From positions 23,560,001 to 23,624,000 of the forward strand of contig CM060731.1 in NCBI GenBank assembly GCA_030704615.1: a DNA stretch of 64,000 bases, read 5' to 3'. The stretch comes from Takakia lepidozioides (lineage: Eukaryota; Plantae; Bryophyta). The notes beneath the pieces are model-generated. The model was not told the DNA's origin. It did no database searches and saw only the letters and a list, made by a program, of their open reading frames with translations. The translations under genes and the position numbers were made by a program. Of this stretch, positions 1 through 13,289 are shown one piece after another. Numbering within the stretch: the first letter of the stretch is position 1; every line of letters begins with the position of its first letter.

Positions 1-1759
1 CCTGGTCCAAAAGAGTCCCCTTGAGGCCTATCCTTCCTGGGTTTGACCATGCCACCATTGAGCTCTCCATCCTGCCACCAGGCTCCAGGATCAAAGGTAG
101 GGGTTTCTTCAAACTCAACCCTAGCATTCTTAAGGACACCGAGCTGGTTCAATCTCTGTCGAATGCATGGGCAGCCTCCAGACCTCCCTTCTCCTCTCCT
201 ACCCTCATCTTCCTCTGCAAATTCCAAGAAGCTAGGCAATCTTGTCAGGTGCTCTCTCGGAAAAAAACGGAGGATTCCGCTCGAAAGGAGAAAGCTCTGA
301 CTAAGTGCCTGCATGTCTGTCAATATCAAATTCAGGCAGGTAGAATAGGCGACAAACCCTCATGTCTTACAAAACAGCCAAGCACAATCTTGCAGCCTTC
401 TTACATGCCAGAGAGCAGAATTTCAGGATGAAGGCAGGAGTCAACTGGCCTCTTGGGGGAGAAAAGATGACCAAGTACTTTTTTATAAAAGCTAAGCAAA
501 GGAGAGCCGCAAACCTCGTGTCTTACCTGAAAGATGACAATGGCACAGTACGCTCTGACCCGCAGAAAATGGCAGACATAGCAGCGGATTTTTTCAAAAG
601 TTTGTTTGAAAAATGCGGGTCTTCTGTGCGCTCAGATGCAGCCATCATTGATGCCACCCCCTGCTTGCTCTCAAACCAGGAAAAGCTGTACCTCTGTGCC
701 CCTTTTACAGAGGATGAACTGGGGCTGGCGGTTACGGTCCTTGCCCCCAATGAAGGCACTTGGGCTAGATGGAATGCCAATGGAGTTCTTTAAAACACTC
801 TGGCAAACCATAGCCCCAGATTTCCTGGCTATGGCAAACGACATTCTGGACAAGGGCATTATGCCTTCTCAAATTTCTCATCACTTTGATTTTCAAGAAA
901 GGTAATAGGGACAATATAGCAAATTATCGTCCAATAACCATGTTGAATTCCATATACAAAATCATTGCGAAAGCGCTTGCCATCAGGATCCAACCTCTGT
1001 TTTCTAAAGTTATAAGGAGAGACCAGACAGGGTTCTTGAAGGACAGAATGATATTGGACAATATCATCCTCACCCAAGAGGCCCTTCACAGAGCTACCCT
1101 CTCCAATCAGCCGCTGGCCCTGCTGAGGTTGGACTTCGAGAAAGCCTTCGACTCCATAGACTGGTCCTTTTTGCTTCAAGTTTTGGACAAGGCTGGTTTC
1201 CAGGGATCATTCCTCAAATGGATTAAAATCCTTCTATCCTCGGCCTCAAGCAAGGTCATGGTCAACGACATAATCTCAACAGAGTTCTCTCTATCTCGAT
1301 CAGTCAGGCAGGGGTGCCCGCTGACACCCTTCCTTTTTCTCATTATAGCCGATAGCCTTGGTCATTTATTGGAATCCAAGCAGGATGTCATAGGCCTCCA
1401 CTTGCCGTGTCCAGTAATGGACAGCACCAACATGGTCAAAGTTTCTATGTATGCCGATGACACGACGTTGCTACTGGATAACTCCAATAGAGCCAACATT
1501 GACAGAGTGTTGAATGCACTGCAAACCTTTTGCTTGGGATCTGGGCTGCAAATTAACTGGAAGAAATCAGTGGGTATGCTCTCCTCCTCCACCCCAATAC
1601 TACTACATGCCACTATACCCCTTGGGGACAAGAACTAGACCTCAAGTGGCTGGCTGATGGAGAATCGCACACTCTCCTGGGGCACCAAGTAGGCCACAAT
1701 CTGACTGATGAATAGAGGTTTGCAAAAGTGCTCCAAAACTTGAAAATGAAGTTGGCATT
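1..1759 (+). mobile_element. L1/Tx1-type LINE ORF2, 5' part including reverse transcriptase (frameshifted); interrupted by LTR element A1
   Basis: Overlapping ORFs 21-431, 362-793, 606-905 and 886-1638 carry LINE motifs GEKMTKYFF, KALGLDG, NYRPITMLN, LDFEKAFD, VRQGCPL and YADDTT. Ends at GCATT (1755-1759), immediately before an LTR. Confidence 0.93.
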
Positions 1760-2132
1760 TGTAACACCCAGGATCTATACAAATTAGAATAGAAGTACTT
1801 CTCAACTTTTTCCCAAAATAACTCGATGTTTTGTAGGCTTTCATTGCATGTTTATATACCTTCACAATATGATTATTTTAAAGATTTGACTTGAGAGCCT
1901 CAACTCAAAACTTCCTAAATCAACCTTCCTAGGTTTGACATATTCTCCACAATATGACTTTATCACACATTTGACCTACTCTCCATAATATAAATATCTT
2001 ATAGGTTTGACTTGAGAGCCTCAAGTCAAACTTTCTTAAGTCAAACTTTTTAGGAACCTTCCTAGTTATTTTGGAATTTTCTAGGGAACTTTCCTCCTCC
2101 ATCTAGAACCTTCTAGATTCTACCCTGTTACA
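1760..2132 (-). repeat. 3' LTR of chromovirus A1 (373 bp, TG...CA)
   Basis: Reverse complement of the LTRs at 6654-7027 and 46088-46460. PPT AGGGGAGGAT on the minus strand at 2133-2142. Confidence 0.93.
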
Positions 2133-2677
2133 ATCCTCCCCTATTTCAAGAAGCAACGTCCTCGTTGTTCGAATTTTCAAAAGCTTGAATTGCCAATTGA
2201 GCATTTGCGAGATTTTGCACTGGTCCCCAGGTAGCTTCATATAATGGAAATCCTTTCCATAAAACCAAATACTCCAACACCTCATGTCGCCCTCGTTTGT
2301 ATGTGCGTTTTTTCAAAACACGGTTGACCTCCCACTCTTCATTTTTGTCTATCAACTCTGGTAAAGGTTGTGGTTCTTGATTATCTTTGAATATTGATGG
2401 TCGAGGTTCGTAACGACGTAGTAGAGAAATGTGAAACACCGGGTGGATCTTCATATGTAGTGGTAACTCCAGCTTATATGCTACTGCTCCAATACGTTTA
2501 ATGATCGAAAAAGGACCAATGAACCGTGCCCCTAGTTTTCGCGATCCAATGATGTGTAAATTGGTTGTAGACAACCACACTTGATCCCCAACTGCAAACT
2601 CCTCATCCCGTCGTCGTGCATTTGCATACTGCTTTTGGCGATTTTGGGCAACCATCAGCTTCTCTTTAGCTTGATGT
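2133..2677 (-). pseudogene. Chromovirus A1 integrase C-terminus with GPF motif and chromodomain
   Basis: ORF 2146-2655: KLGARFIGPF, IHPVFHISLL, EEWEVNRVL...YLVLWKGFPLYEATW. Confidence 0.9.
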
Positions 2678-3298
2678 TGTCAAGAACGGGAACATAACTG
2701 AACACAAACAAGAGATCAGACTAGAGGTATAAGACTAGACAAGAAGTCAAGGTCAGCGTGGGCGAATGCATGGTGAATAAATATGAATTAAGACGATCTT
2801 TATAACAATGAACAAAAGTACAAGATATTGGAATACGACTTGAATACTGGAATGCTGGAAACTGGACTGGAGTACCAGATACTGAAAACTGGGCTAGAGT
2901 ACTGGGAACTTGAAACAAAAGTAGCTTGAACTGGTGTTGGCGAGACTGAAGAGTATCCAGTCTCGTCTCCGATATATACTGGCTACTAGGAGGTTCCCTA
3001 AGAGGTTTCCCCAAAGGAGGTTTCTTGATGGAGAAGTTTCCAAGGTTGAACAAAGATTTCTTGATGAAGAAGTTTCCTTAAACAAATGAGGTATCTTGAT
3101 GGAGAAGTTTTCTCCAAAGGAAGCTTCCCGAGCAGTTTCCCAAGTTACTCTCGATAATTTGGTAAACTCCCGATAAGTTGGTAACTAATGGTAACTTATG
3201 GTAAATCATGGTAGATCATGGTAACTTTTGATAACATGGTAACTCGGTAACTTTTGGTATTTATTCCTGGTAAGTTCCTCTGGGCTATGTCCGTGACA
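2678..3298 (-). repeat. 3' LTR of chromovirus B1 (~620 bp)
   Basis: Reverse complement of 28351-28982. TG...CA ends, PPT just inside, flanked by TSD GATGT (2673-2677) whose mate is GACGT (29043-29047). Confidence 0.9.
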
Positions 3299-4943
3299 TC
3301 AGCCCCTCTTCTAGCGCCGAGTTCATCGAGGAGCGGTAAAATCTTGGACTTGCTTAGAATTAGAGAACCTCTCTCCTTAGTGTGTATCAGATACACTGAA
3401 TGTGGAGTCTTCACCTTAAAGCTAACTTGGCTGACATCATCGTTGTGACGTCTTATTGACGTGTAGCTTGGGGTTTAGCTGGATATCGTTGATGAAACTC
3501 TTGGACTTTGTCAGATGCATTGACAAGGTTGGATGAAGGTTCCCACGTTCGTTCGCTGATGTCGTAGTCTTTCCAATGTACGAACTACTCAAGACGTTTA
3601 TATTTGATGCGAGAGTCTAGGACTTCGTCGATTTCATATTCGATTTCCTGATTGACTTCGATTGGTGGAGGTGGTACGGAGACTCTCCCTGGAATATTCG
3701 ATGGATGATATAAGTCTAATAATGAAACATGAAAGACTGGATGGATGCGCATACTTCGTGGGAGTTCAAGCCGAAAATTGACCGGATTTATTTGTCGAAT
3801 AACTTTGAATGATCCTAGGCATTGATAATCCAACTTCCTTGATGGTCGCGAGGTTTGTATGTCCCGTCGAAGAAGCCACACACAATCTCCGACCTTGAAC
3901 TGGGGTTGGAGTTGCTGATATTGATCTGCATACTCCTTGTATTATTTTTGAGCTTCTGTGAGGTGGAATGTAAGCTCTTTGTGAATCGTAGCAAAATGAG
4001 TAGCAAGGTTTTCTGCAGCAGGGCTTCCAACAGTCTTCATGTGGAAAGGGTTTGCTTGAGGATGATGACCATAATTGGAGAAAAATGGAGTTTGCTTGGT
4101 CGAAGAATGTATAGTGTTGTTGTAGGCAAACTCAGCCAATGACAGAAGGTCCGTCCAATCATCTTGGTGATAATTGATCGTACAGCGAAGATACTGCTCC
4201 AAAATCTGGTTTACGCATTTGGTTTGACCATCAGTCTGTGGATGATTAGCTGTAGAGAGATTGATCTTAGTATCCAATATGTGAAATAATCCCCTCCAGA
4301 AATTTGATATGAACTGTGGTCCTCGATCAGATACAATGTCCTTCGCGAGTCCATGAATCCGGTAGATATTATTGAGGAAGAGTCTTGCAGTTTCCTTGCC
4401 GGTAACCGTCTTATTACATGGAATGAAATGTGTCATCTTTGTAAAACGATCTACAATAACAAGGATTGAATCGGTGGTCTTGGAAATTGGAAGGTCCGTA
4501 ATCAAGTCCATAGACATGGACGACCATGGACCTTTGGGAATGGGTAATGGTTGAAGAAGGCCGTAAGGTCGATGTCGTGGTCCCTTCGCTCTAGCACACG
4601 TGTCGCAAGATTTTATAAATTCTTTCACGAGTTTCTCTTTCTGCGGCCCCCAATAGTCCCTGGATATCAATTCCATTGTTTAGTTGAAGCCGAAATGTCC
4701 TACAACCGGAAGATCATGACTCGTTTGAAGAATTCGCAGTCGTGTAGGTCCTGGAGGTACATAGAGAAGTCCCTTGAAATAAAGTAAGTCATCTTTGAAT
4801 TCGAAGTCGTTTGTAACATGTGGGTTGTCTTGAGGTCGATTTAGTTGACTTCGTAGTGTCGTAGCAAATCGGTCGTTCTTCAGTGCTTCTTGAATCTCCT
4901 TTATGATCTCTGCATCGTCATAGGTGGACATGGATAGCATATT
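3299..4943 (-). mobile_element. Chromovirus B1 (Tcn1-like/fungal-like) integrase + chromodomain, 5'-truncated
   Basis: ORFs 4680-4940, 3942-4676 and 3585-3881: HHCC zinc finger (HD..GH..C..C), [54 protein letters not shown]. Confidence 0.9.
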
Positions 4944-5439
4944 ATCATTGATGCAGATACCAGCAAATCTCTAATTGAATATGCTATCCATGTCCACCTA
5001 TGATGATGCAGAGATCATAAAGGAGATTCAAGAAGCACTGAAGAACGACCAATTTGCTACGACATTACGAAGTCAACTAAATCGACCTCAAGACAACCCA
5101 CATGTTACAAACGACTTCGAATTCAAAGATGACTTACTTTATTTCAAGGGATTTCTCTATGTACCTCCAGGACCTACACGACTGCGAATTCTTCAAACGA
5201 GTCATGATCTTCCGGCTGCAGGACATTTCGGCTTCAACAAAACAATGGAATTGATATCCAGAGACTATTGGTGGCCACAGATGTGGAAACTTGTGAAAAA
5301 ATTTATAAAATCTTGCGACACGTGTGCTAGAGCGAAGGGACCATGACATCGACCTTACGACCTTCTTCAACCATTACCCATTCCCAAGGGTCCATGGTCG
5401 TCCGTGTCTATGGACTTTATTACAGACCTTCAAATTTCC

Positions 5440-6185
5440 TTGGGGGGTGCACCAAGATTTAATGTACCTATCACGTGCGTGAACAGAATGGGGGTAATTT
5501 AATACCCCCACATACAGACTATGTATATAGAAAGGGGCTGAAGAATTTCTAATATATATATATATATATATATTTGGGGGTAAGTTATATATGTTTGTAT
5601 ATAGCGTACTGGTAAGAGCAAGGAGAGAGCAACAGCTGCTACTGCTGTCTCTCTCCCCCCTACTTAGGCCAAGGAAAATGGGGAAGGGAGAGAGGAGGAG
5701 CAGCAGCAGCTGCTGCACACAAATCCCTCCATTTTTTTTTAAAAAAAAACTTCTTGTTTTGGCCTAAGTGGAAACAGCAGCAGCAGTAGCACAATTGATA
5801 AAACAAGGCACTACTAATGAAAGCACATTTTTCAACACATTTCAGCATGTTTTTAACAGTTCTATAAACGGAAAATAAATTTTATACTAATTTTTATTGA
5901 TTACACAAGCTATTTTGATTTTTTTTAGATCCGATCTATAGTTTGTCCATAATTTTGTATTAAATAAAAGGTTTTTATATTCTCAATGAACACATGAATA
6001 TATACAGCAGGGTATTGTTATTCATTAATTATTTGTTTTCTATAAATACTTTAGGGGTTTTAATAAAGTCTTTAAAATATTTATACATATGATAAATTCA
6101 TGAATCAAGCTATATACAGGGGTATTGTTTATTGGCTGATGCACGCACGTGATATGGTCTTTTTATGAAGAGTGCACCCCCCAGG
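5440..6185. mobile_element. Non-autonomous DNA transposon (MITE-like) with imperfect TIRs
   Basis: Ends TGGGGGGTGCAC / GTGCACCCCCCA, with TATCACGTGCGTG at a similar distance inside both ends. AT-rich non-coding body. Interrupts B2 integrase with a degenerate ~9-bp duplication (CAAATTTCC / CCCATTTTC). Confidence 0.75.
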
Positions 6186-6653
6186 CCCATTTTCAAGATC
6201 GCCGATTCAATCCTTGTTATTGTAGATCGTTTTACGAAGATGACACATTTCATTCCATGTAATAAAACGGTTACCGGCGAAGAAACTGCAAGACTCTTCC
6301 TCAATAATATCTACCGCATTCATAGACTCCTGAAGGACATCGTATCTGATCGAGGACCATAGTTCATATTAAATTTCTGGAGTGGATTATTTCACATATT
6401 GGATACTAAGATCAACCTCTCTGTAGCTAATCATCCACAGACTGATGGTCAAACCGAAGGTGTAAACCACATATTGGAGCAGTATCTTCGCTGTACGATA
6501 AATTATCACTAAGATAATTGGACAGACCTTCTGTCATTGGTTGAGTTTGCCTATAACAACACTATACATTCTTCGACCAAACAAACTCCATTTTTCTCCA
6601 ATTATGGTCATCATCCTCGAGCAAACCCTTTCCACATGAAGACTGTTGGAAAC

Positions 6654-7027
6654 TGTAACAAGGTAAAATCTAAAAGGTTCTAGATGGAGGAGGAAAGTTC
6701 CCTATAAGTTTCCAGAATAATTAGGAAGGATCTTAAGAAGTTTGACTTAAGAAAGTTTGACTTGAGGCTCTCAAGTCAAACCTCTAAGATATTCATATTA
6801 TGGAGAGTAGGTCAAATATTTGATAAAGTCATATTGTAAAGAATATGTCAAACCTATGAAGGTTGACTTTAGGAAGCTTTGACTTGAGGCTCTCAAATCA
6901 AACCTTTAAAATAATCATATTGTGAAGGGTATATAAACGTGCAATGAAAATCTAGAAGGCATCGAGTTGTTTTGGGAAAAAATTGAGAAGTACTTCTATT
7001 CTAGTTGTGTAAATCCTGGGTGTTACA
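6654..7027 (+). repeat. 5' LTR of A2
   Basis: TGTAACA...TGTTACA ends; internal repeats of TTTGACTTGAGGCTCTCAAGTCAAA. Confidence 0.93.
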
Positions 7028-7028
7028 A

Positions 7029-7040
7029 TGGTATCAGAGC
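7029..7040 (+). promoter_or_regulatory. Primer-binding site (tRNA-iMet) of A2; second copy at 46462-46473 in A1
   Basis: TGGTATCAGAGC immediately after the 5' LTR. Confidence 0.9.
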
Positions 7041-7679
7041 CTAGTTTTTCTTAAAGTTGGAAGTGAATACCTTCTTTAGGAGGATTCGATTAAGATGTTT
7101 TTTTTTTTTTTAGAGATTTTTGTTGTTAACATTTTTAAGTGTTGAATAGATAGTAGTGATGGTGCGCCATAACGATAGTATAAAAATTTTATGGACTTAA
7201 ATCAACCCCCTTTCTGTGATTTTCCTTCGGAGTGTGAGTTTAAAATTATATGTCGTCGTAAAGCAAAAATTAGAGATATGATAGTACAGAGATTTAGAGA
7301 GGAACAATATCAAGAAATGTTACAAAACCCACGACCTGTCGTCTTTCCTATAATTAGAAATTTGAATGTATACATATGTGTATATACATAGCTCATGGAT
7401 CGAGGTAGACATTTTCCGCCTAATTTTCCACCGCCAAATGTATTTAGTATCAATGTGCGCACCATCGACAAACATCATCTTGTGAGATTTTTAGTTGCAG
7501 AATTTGGGGTAGAATTCATGAACCTTGTCATGAGTTCAAACGTCCCTTTTATATTACCAATAGTCACGTACGGGATGGTTTGGGATTGCACTATTTATAT
7601 ACTGTATTAGGATAAGATAATAGAGATAATATACATTAATTTTAGAAGACAAACACCACGAAGGAATGAGTAGTGGAGC

Positions 7680-9085
7680 AAAATGACGGACAATGGAGAT
7701 AGTTTTCCCAGTTGGGTCCTTGTCAGTTGATGGATCACCATCACCCTAACCTATTTCCAGCTGTCAGGTATACAACGCACACACTACTCATCAAGCCAAT
7801 GATCAGACGGTGTGGATAATGGAGCGCTTACACGAATTGCAGAATGCTCTTGTCACGACCCAACAACAAAACAACGTGTTGATGGAGGAATTTAAACAAG
7901 TGAGACAATCAACCGCCCCGGGATTAGTTGCTGATGGGTCGGATATGTTGTTGCAAAAGATGATCAAGACATGCAAGGTCGAGCCGTATGAAGGAAGTTG
8001 CGCCATGGGAGTGCTAGAATGATGGATTTACCGAATGGAGGTACAATCTGTCATATTTCCCTACATCAAGTGATTTGGACCACGGAATGTTCATACGATC
8101 TTTTCTACTCAACAATGCTTCAACATGGTTACAGATATGGGAGAGAAGACAGATTGCAAAAAGAGAACTTTTACTATGGAGCACCTTGAAAGCGGGACTG
8201 CTCCAACAATTCAAGGCGGTAGATGCTGTTACAACTGCTCGAATGAAATTATGGAACTTAGAACAACGCGGAAATGTGCAAAATTACATTGAAGATTTTT
8301 TGAATCTTCAGGACCAAATCGAAGACATGAGTCTTGTAGAAGCTTTAGACAACTTCAACAGAGAATTGAAGAAGAAAATTCAAGGAGAGGTAATTTTACG
8401 TAACCCGGTTGAAGTCCACGAAGCAATTTCATTGGCCCAAAAGATTGAAAGGACGCTACCAAAATACGACGAAGGTATACACGTTCCATTGAACCAATAC
8501 GGACCAACGCCTATGGAGCTTGGAAATCTTCGAAGGCGGGATAACTTCCAATACTCTCAAAGAAATATGTCGGAATCAGATATGAGGAAGATAACACACA
8601 ACGACGAATGAAATTAAATGACAAGGATGTGACCTCCTCAACATTCTCACGAACAAAAGGACAAAGGGAAACTAGACAATGTTACAACTGTGGAAAATAC
8701 GGACATCTTGCAGCCAACTGCCGAAGTAGAAGGTACAATCGACAAACTTATCGAAGACCTCTTAACAGTTTAAGGAGATGAGAAAATAACGAACATCACA
8801 ATGAGCAGGAAAACGAGGACAACCAGTAAGTAGACCTCGCGGTCTTACTGGTTCTACAAAGAAGAGGAGAGACAAGGGGCCCTACAAGGAGAAGAGACAG
8901 ATCAATCATGCGGGCAAGAAAGAGACGCAGTTAATTGTAGCAAATAGAACCTTGAAAGGTATTCATGTGAGAATGTTGATAGACCCTGGGGCAATAAAAA
9001 ACTTCTTATCTAGAAAGGTTACCTTTAAACTAAGACTCCCCTTAGAAAAAGATGAAAGAGAGGAAGTAGAAATGCCAAATGGACA
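7680..9085 (+). pseudogene. A2 gag (retrotransposon gag domain, CCHC knuckle) and start of aspartic protease
   Basis: ORF 8075-8611 (LEQRGNVQNYIEDF, GPTPMELG); CYNCGKYGHLAANC near 8680-8720; protease-like LIDPGA at about 8975. Confidence 0.85.
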
Positions 9086-10539
9086 GCTAGGAGTTATCAA
9101 GCAGGGGCGGAGCGGCGCTCCGCCCTCCCACCATGTTCTTGGCTGTGTCTTAGTTTTTAGCTATAACTATTTTCCTAGGGTTCCGCCATATTAATTAGTT
9201 CTCTCGTTTTCTCAGTTCTCCGGTATAACCGTGCCGCTATTTACCCGACCTTCTACATCCAGCCACGGCCACCGCCATGGCTTTTGCTCTTGCTCACAAC
9301 ACTGCCAATACTTTACAACACTCATGAAGGCAGCCTTGAAATTGTGCAACACCTCCTCTTGCTAGGCTCTCTATCACTCTAGCAATACCCTTTAGAGTTG
9401 TTCCATAACGCATCTTTTAAGCTCTGTCTTGATGTTTTTAGAGTCGATATTGTTGGGCAATACGATCTCCTACGACAAAGCGTCTTTTCGAAGCTTTTAC
9501 ATTGTTTTTTGAGCGCTCTGAACCTCACTCGGCTCAACCCAACTTTGACCGTGCACAAGCCTGCAGGCTTCACAACGTTCCCCACCAGCAGAGCCTGGCG
9601 GGGCTCCTCCCCGCCATTATACTCACCAATGGACACAGTTGGCACCCGGCAACCCTTGTTACCATGGCCTTCAACGAAACATTTGCATGGCTGATACTAC
9701 GTCTTTGGGACACGAGCGGCAAGGGAATGGTCTCAACATGCAAGCATCTCTGTGGAGTGACATCTACAGTGCTTCAAATATTCCCAAAGTTATGGTTAAC
9801 CAGTTTGTCTTCCCGTGCTTCTTTAAGGCTTCATTCCTCTTTTGTGGGCTGTTCTATGATGTCTTACTTTCAAGCTTTCTATGCGCAAGTGGGGCCCTGC
9901 GTGGACTTGGCACCGCAGCATGCTCTACCCCCTCGCACAATGTCAAAGCCTTCACGCGACCTGGAGTGCAGTGGATTCTGGCTGCCCTATCTGCTGTGCG
10001 ACACGGCTACACCAAGTGCTGCATTCTTACCCTCTTTTTTTTCTCTCATTTTGAATGCCAACGCACTCACCGCTCTCCACAAGCAACTGCCCGCTATGCT
10101 GGCCCACTCTGCCTTTGTTGCTACAGACTCTAGCACATCACCCCAAGGCCTTGACCTGCTTCAGCTTGCGCGCGTTGCTGGTGGCCACTGGGATAGCAAT
10201 GATATGATGGACGCAGCTGACTTCCGCCTATTGCGCTTGAAGTTGGTGGTAGCGCCGACTGGAGCAGGTGCCATACAGCCAGCTCTTCATCCAGCCTGTC
10301 CATCAAGCTCTGCCAGACCAGATCCTTGCACGCTGATGTATCACGGCAGCAGACTTCCTGCAGGTTATATCTACCTAGACACGGATATTATCCCACAAGG
10401 TGCAAAAATCCCCCACCCTTCTTTTACTTGCTCAAGCATACACAAGGTTCTTTGCCTCTATGCCTCAACTTGTCTCTGTTTCACTCAGCTCTGCTTATCA
10501 CCCACAGTCCCCTGACGCATCACAAGAGCCTGACAGCCA

Positions 10540-12230
10540 AGGAAAAGCGCAAAGCTGTACCTGATGACATCATCAAAGCTGTAGTTGTTCCAAATGTCCT
10601 TCTGCACACTGCCCTGGCAGATCTGGCAAAGGGCATAGAGGTCCATGGCGACATCTTCAGAGCTGGAATTATACCAACTGTCATTCTGAACAATACCCTG
10701 GTGGACATGTATGCAAAATGTGGGTGCATCGAGGATGCAAAGGGAGTGTTTGACGCTATGGCTGAACGAGATACGGGGTCGTGGAATGCGATGATTGAAG
10801 ATTCTGCTGCAGATGTACCAAATGTCATTCTATACACTACCCTGGCAGATCTGGAAAAGGGCAATGAGATCCATGGTGACATCTTCAGAGTTGGAATTGT
10901 CCCCACTTTCATTCTGAACAATACCTTGGTGGATATGTATGCAAATTGCGGGGCCATCAAGGATGCAAAGAGAGTGTTTGACACTATGGCTGAACGAGAT
11001 ATGGTGTTGTGGAATGCGATGCTTGAAGGTTTTGCGTAGCTATACCAAACGTCATTCTGCACACTGCCTGGCAGACCTGGAAATGGGCAATGAGGTCCAT
11101 GGCAACATCTTCAGAGCTGGAACTGCACCAACTGTCATTCTGAACAATACCCTCGTGGACATGTATGCAAAATGTTTTGCTGTAGCTGTACCAAATGCCA
11201 TTCCGTACACTGCCCTGGCAGATCTGGAAAAGGGCAACGAGGTTCATGGCGACATCTTCAGAACTGGAATTGTACCAACTGTCATTCTGAACAATACCCT
11301 GGTGGACATGTATGCAAAAGGTGGGCTTGCTGACATCAGCTGTACCAAATGACATTCTGAACACTACCCTGGCAGCTCGGGTAAAGGGCAAAGAAGTCCA
11401 TGGCGACATCGTCAGAGCTGGAATTGTAATGAAAGAGAAAGAGTTGTAGCCGCAACAGCAGCAGACTATACTAGAGGTTGGAGAGACAATCCCTTATCAA
11501 CATGTATGCCAAGTGTGCCATGTGCGGCAGCATGGTGGGTGCACACCAAGTGCTTGACAAAATGCCTGAACGGGATGTGTTTACCTGGACTATAATGGTG
11601 GCAGCAGGTTTCAAACATGGTTTCGGGAGGGAGGCCTTAGAGATTTACGTGCACCAAAACAAGGAGTGACACACAACATAGTCACATTGGCTTGCGTTCT
11701 CAATGACTGTGCCAGACTGGTAGCCACAGCAAAGGGCAAAAGAGGCCCACGATGACATTATCGGCGCTGTAAGTGCAACAATGTTATTCTGGAGTCTATC
11801 CTCGTTAATATGTATGCAAAGTGTGGGATTGTAAGCACTGCTCGTCAAGACTCTTACAGGAGGGCTGAACAAAATGTATTCTCTTGGAATGCAATGACAA
11901 TAGCGTATGATCAGCATGGGTGTGGTAGGGAGGCTTCTGTGACCTGTGAACAGTTGATACTGGACGGGGTAGGAAGCATTGTGGTTGTTTGTCAGTTGAC
12001 AATATGGTGCAACACGATGCGGTTACTGGAACGCCATGATTGCAGGACATGCTCAGTGTGATTGTGATAGGGAAAGATCTATGAACAACTGATGCCAGAA
12101 GGGGTCATGCCGGACATGCCGGTTGCCGGGCAAGCTGGAATTGCTACAGATGTTGTCCTGGAGACTGCCCCTGCAGATATGTATGCCAACTGTGCGAGCA
12201 TGAACGATACACGTCAAGCTGCAGCTGCCA
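10540..12230 (+). pseudogene. Scrambled and tandemly amplified PLS-type PPR fragments
   Basis: About five units of LADLEKG.EVHGDIFR.GI.PTVILNNTLVDMYAK, then RDVFTWTIMV...KHGFGREALEIY and NVFSWNAM..AYDQHGCGREA. Many frameshifts; no E or DYW domain. Confidence 0.85.
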
Positions 12231-13289
12231 ACTATATCACCCAGGTGCTCCGGCATGGGCAGCTGATGAGACTCCACCCCCGCTCCCTCAGATGCAATGC
12301 TGCTCTTAGTGGCTGTATTCACTCCAAGCACAAGGCAAGCCTTTTTGCCTCCTCCCCTTTTGACGTCAACCCTCTCCACCTTGATCTCAACCTTCGACAT
12401 ATCCCATCAGAGAAGCATGTCAAGTGCTTCAGGAAACATGACAGGATTGCAGCTGTCAGTAACTTACTGCTGCAAAGGCTCCATAGCACAGCTCATGCGA
12501 GACAACAGTCCGAGTATTTTTGCTCTATGAAGAGCCCTGCTGTCGCAGCAAACAGCGCTCTGTCTTATGTTTGGGACTTCAAAAGTTACTCCCATGCTCG
12601 AGCGACTCTCTTTTCCAAGCAGCATTGCCCTGTGGACGGCGCCACCCCTAACTGCTGGCCTCTCAACCTTTCCAGCTCGCCCACTCCCCTCCACTCGCCT
12701 GTCTTCCCGCTGATTACCGTCCTGCCCGTGCCTCAATGCATCCGCAGCTCAATGCATCCGCAGCACCAGCACACCAGCATCAGGAATGCAGCTGCCAGTA
12801 AGAACACTATGGAGCCCTGGCAGTGGCGGCTCCACCTTTGCCCCCAATCATCTCAATGTCCCTTTACTCTCAGGGAGCACACTCACCCCTCTCCCCAGTC
12901 TTGGGCGCCGCTCCCCTCCTCCTTGATAAAAATACTTCGCATTGCATACAATGTATAGTCATCACTCTCTGATGTACAGTTGTTATGTCCCAGATGGCCT
13001 CCCAACTTTAAGTGGCAACCCACTGTCCAGCAGGCTCAGCCACAACCCCAAAGGCCTCTGCTGCTCAAGACCAGCAATCTCAACAGACTTCCCCATGTCA
13101 CCACCGCCCATGTAACACAATTTACTTATCCAGGCTATTTCTTTCTCGAACGATTGCCACTCAGTACGTTCTCACTTTCTTTTACAAGATTTTTGGAGCT
13201 ACTGGTTCCCTTGGGAAAATGCTACCTCACTGTACCACTCTATTGCCACTCAGTCCGTTCCCACTCTTCTTTACAAGATACTCGGAACT

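Noticed and set aside
9398-10515. 337-aa and overlapping ORFs at the start of the composite insertion
   Set aside because: No recognisable motif and the longest lacks an ATG start; left unassigned.
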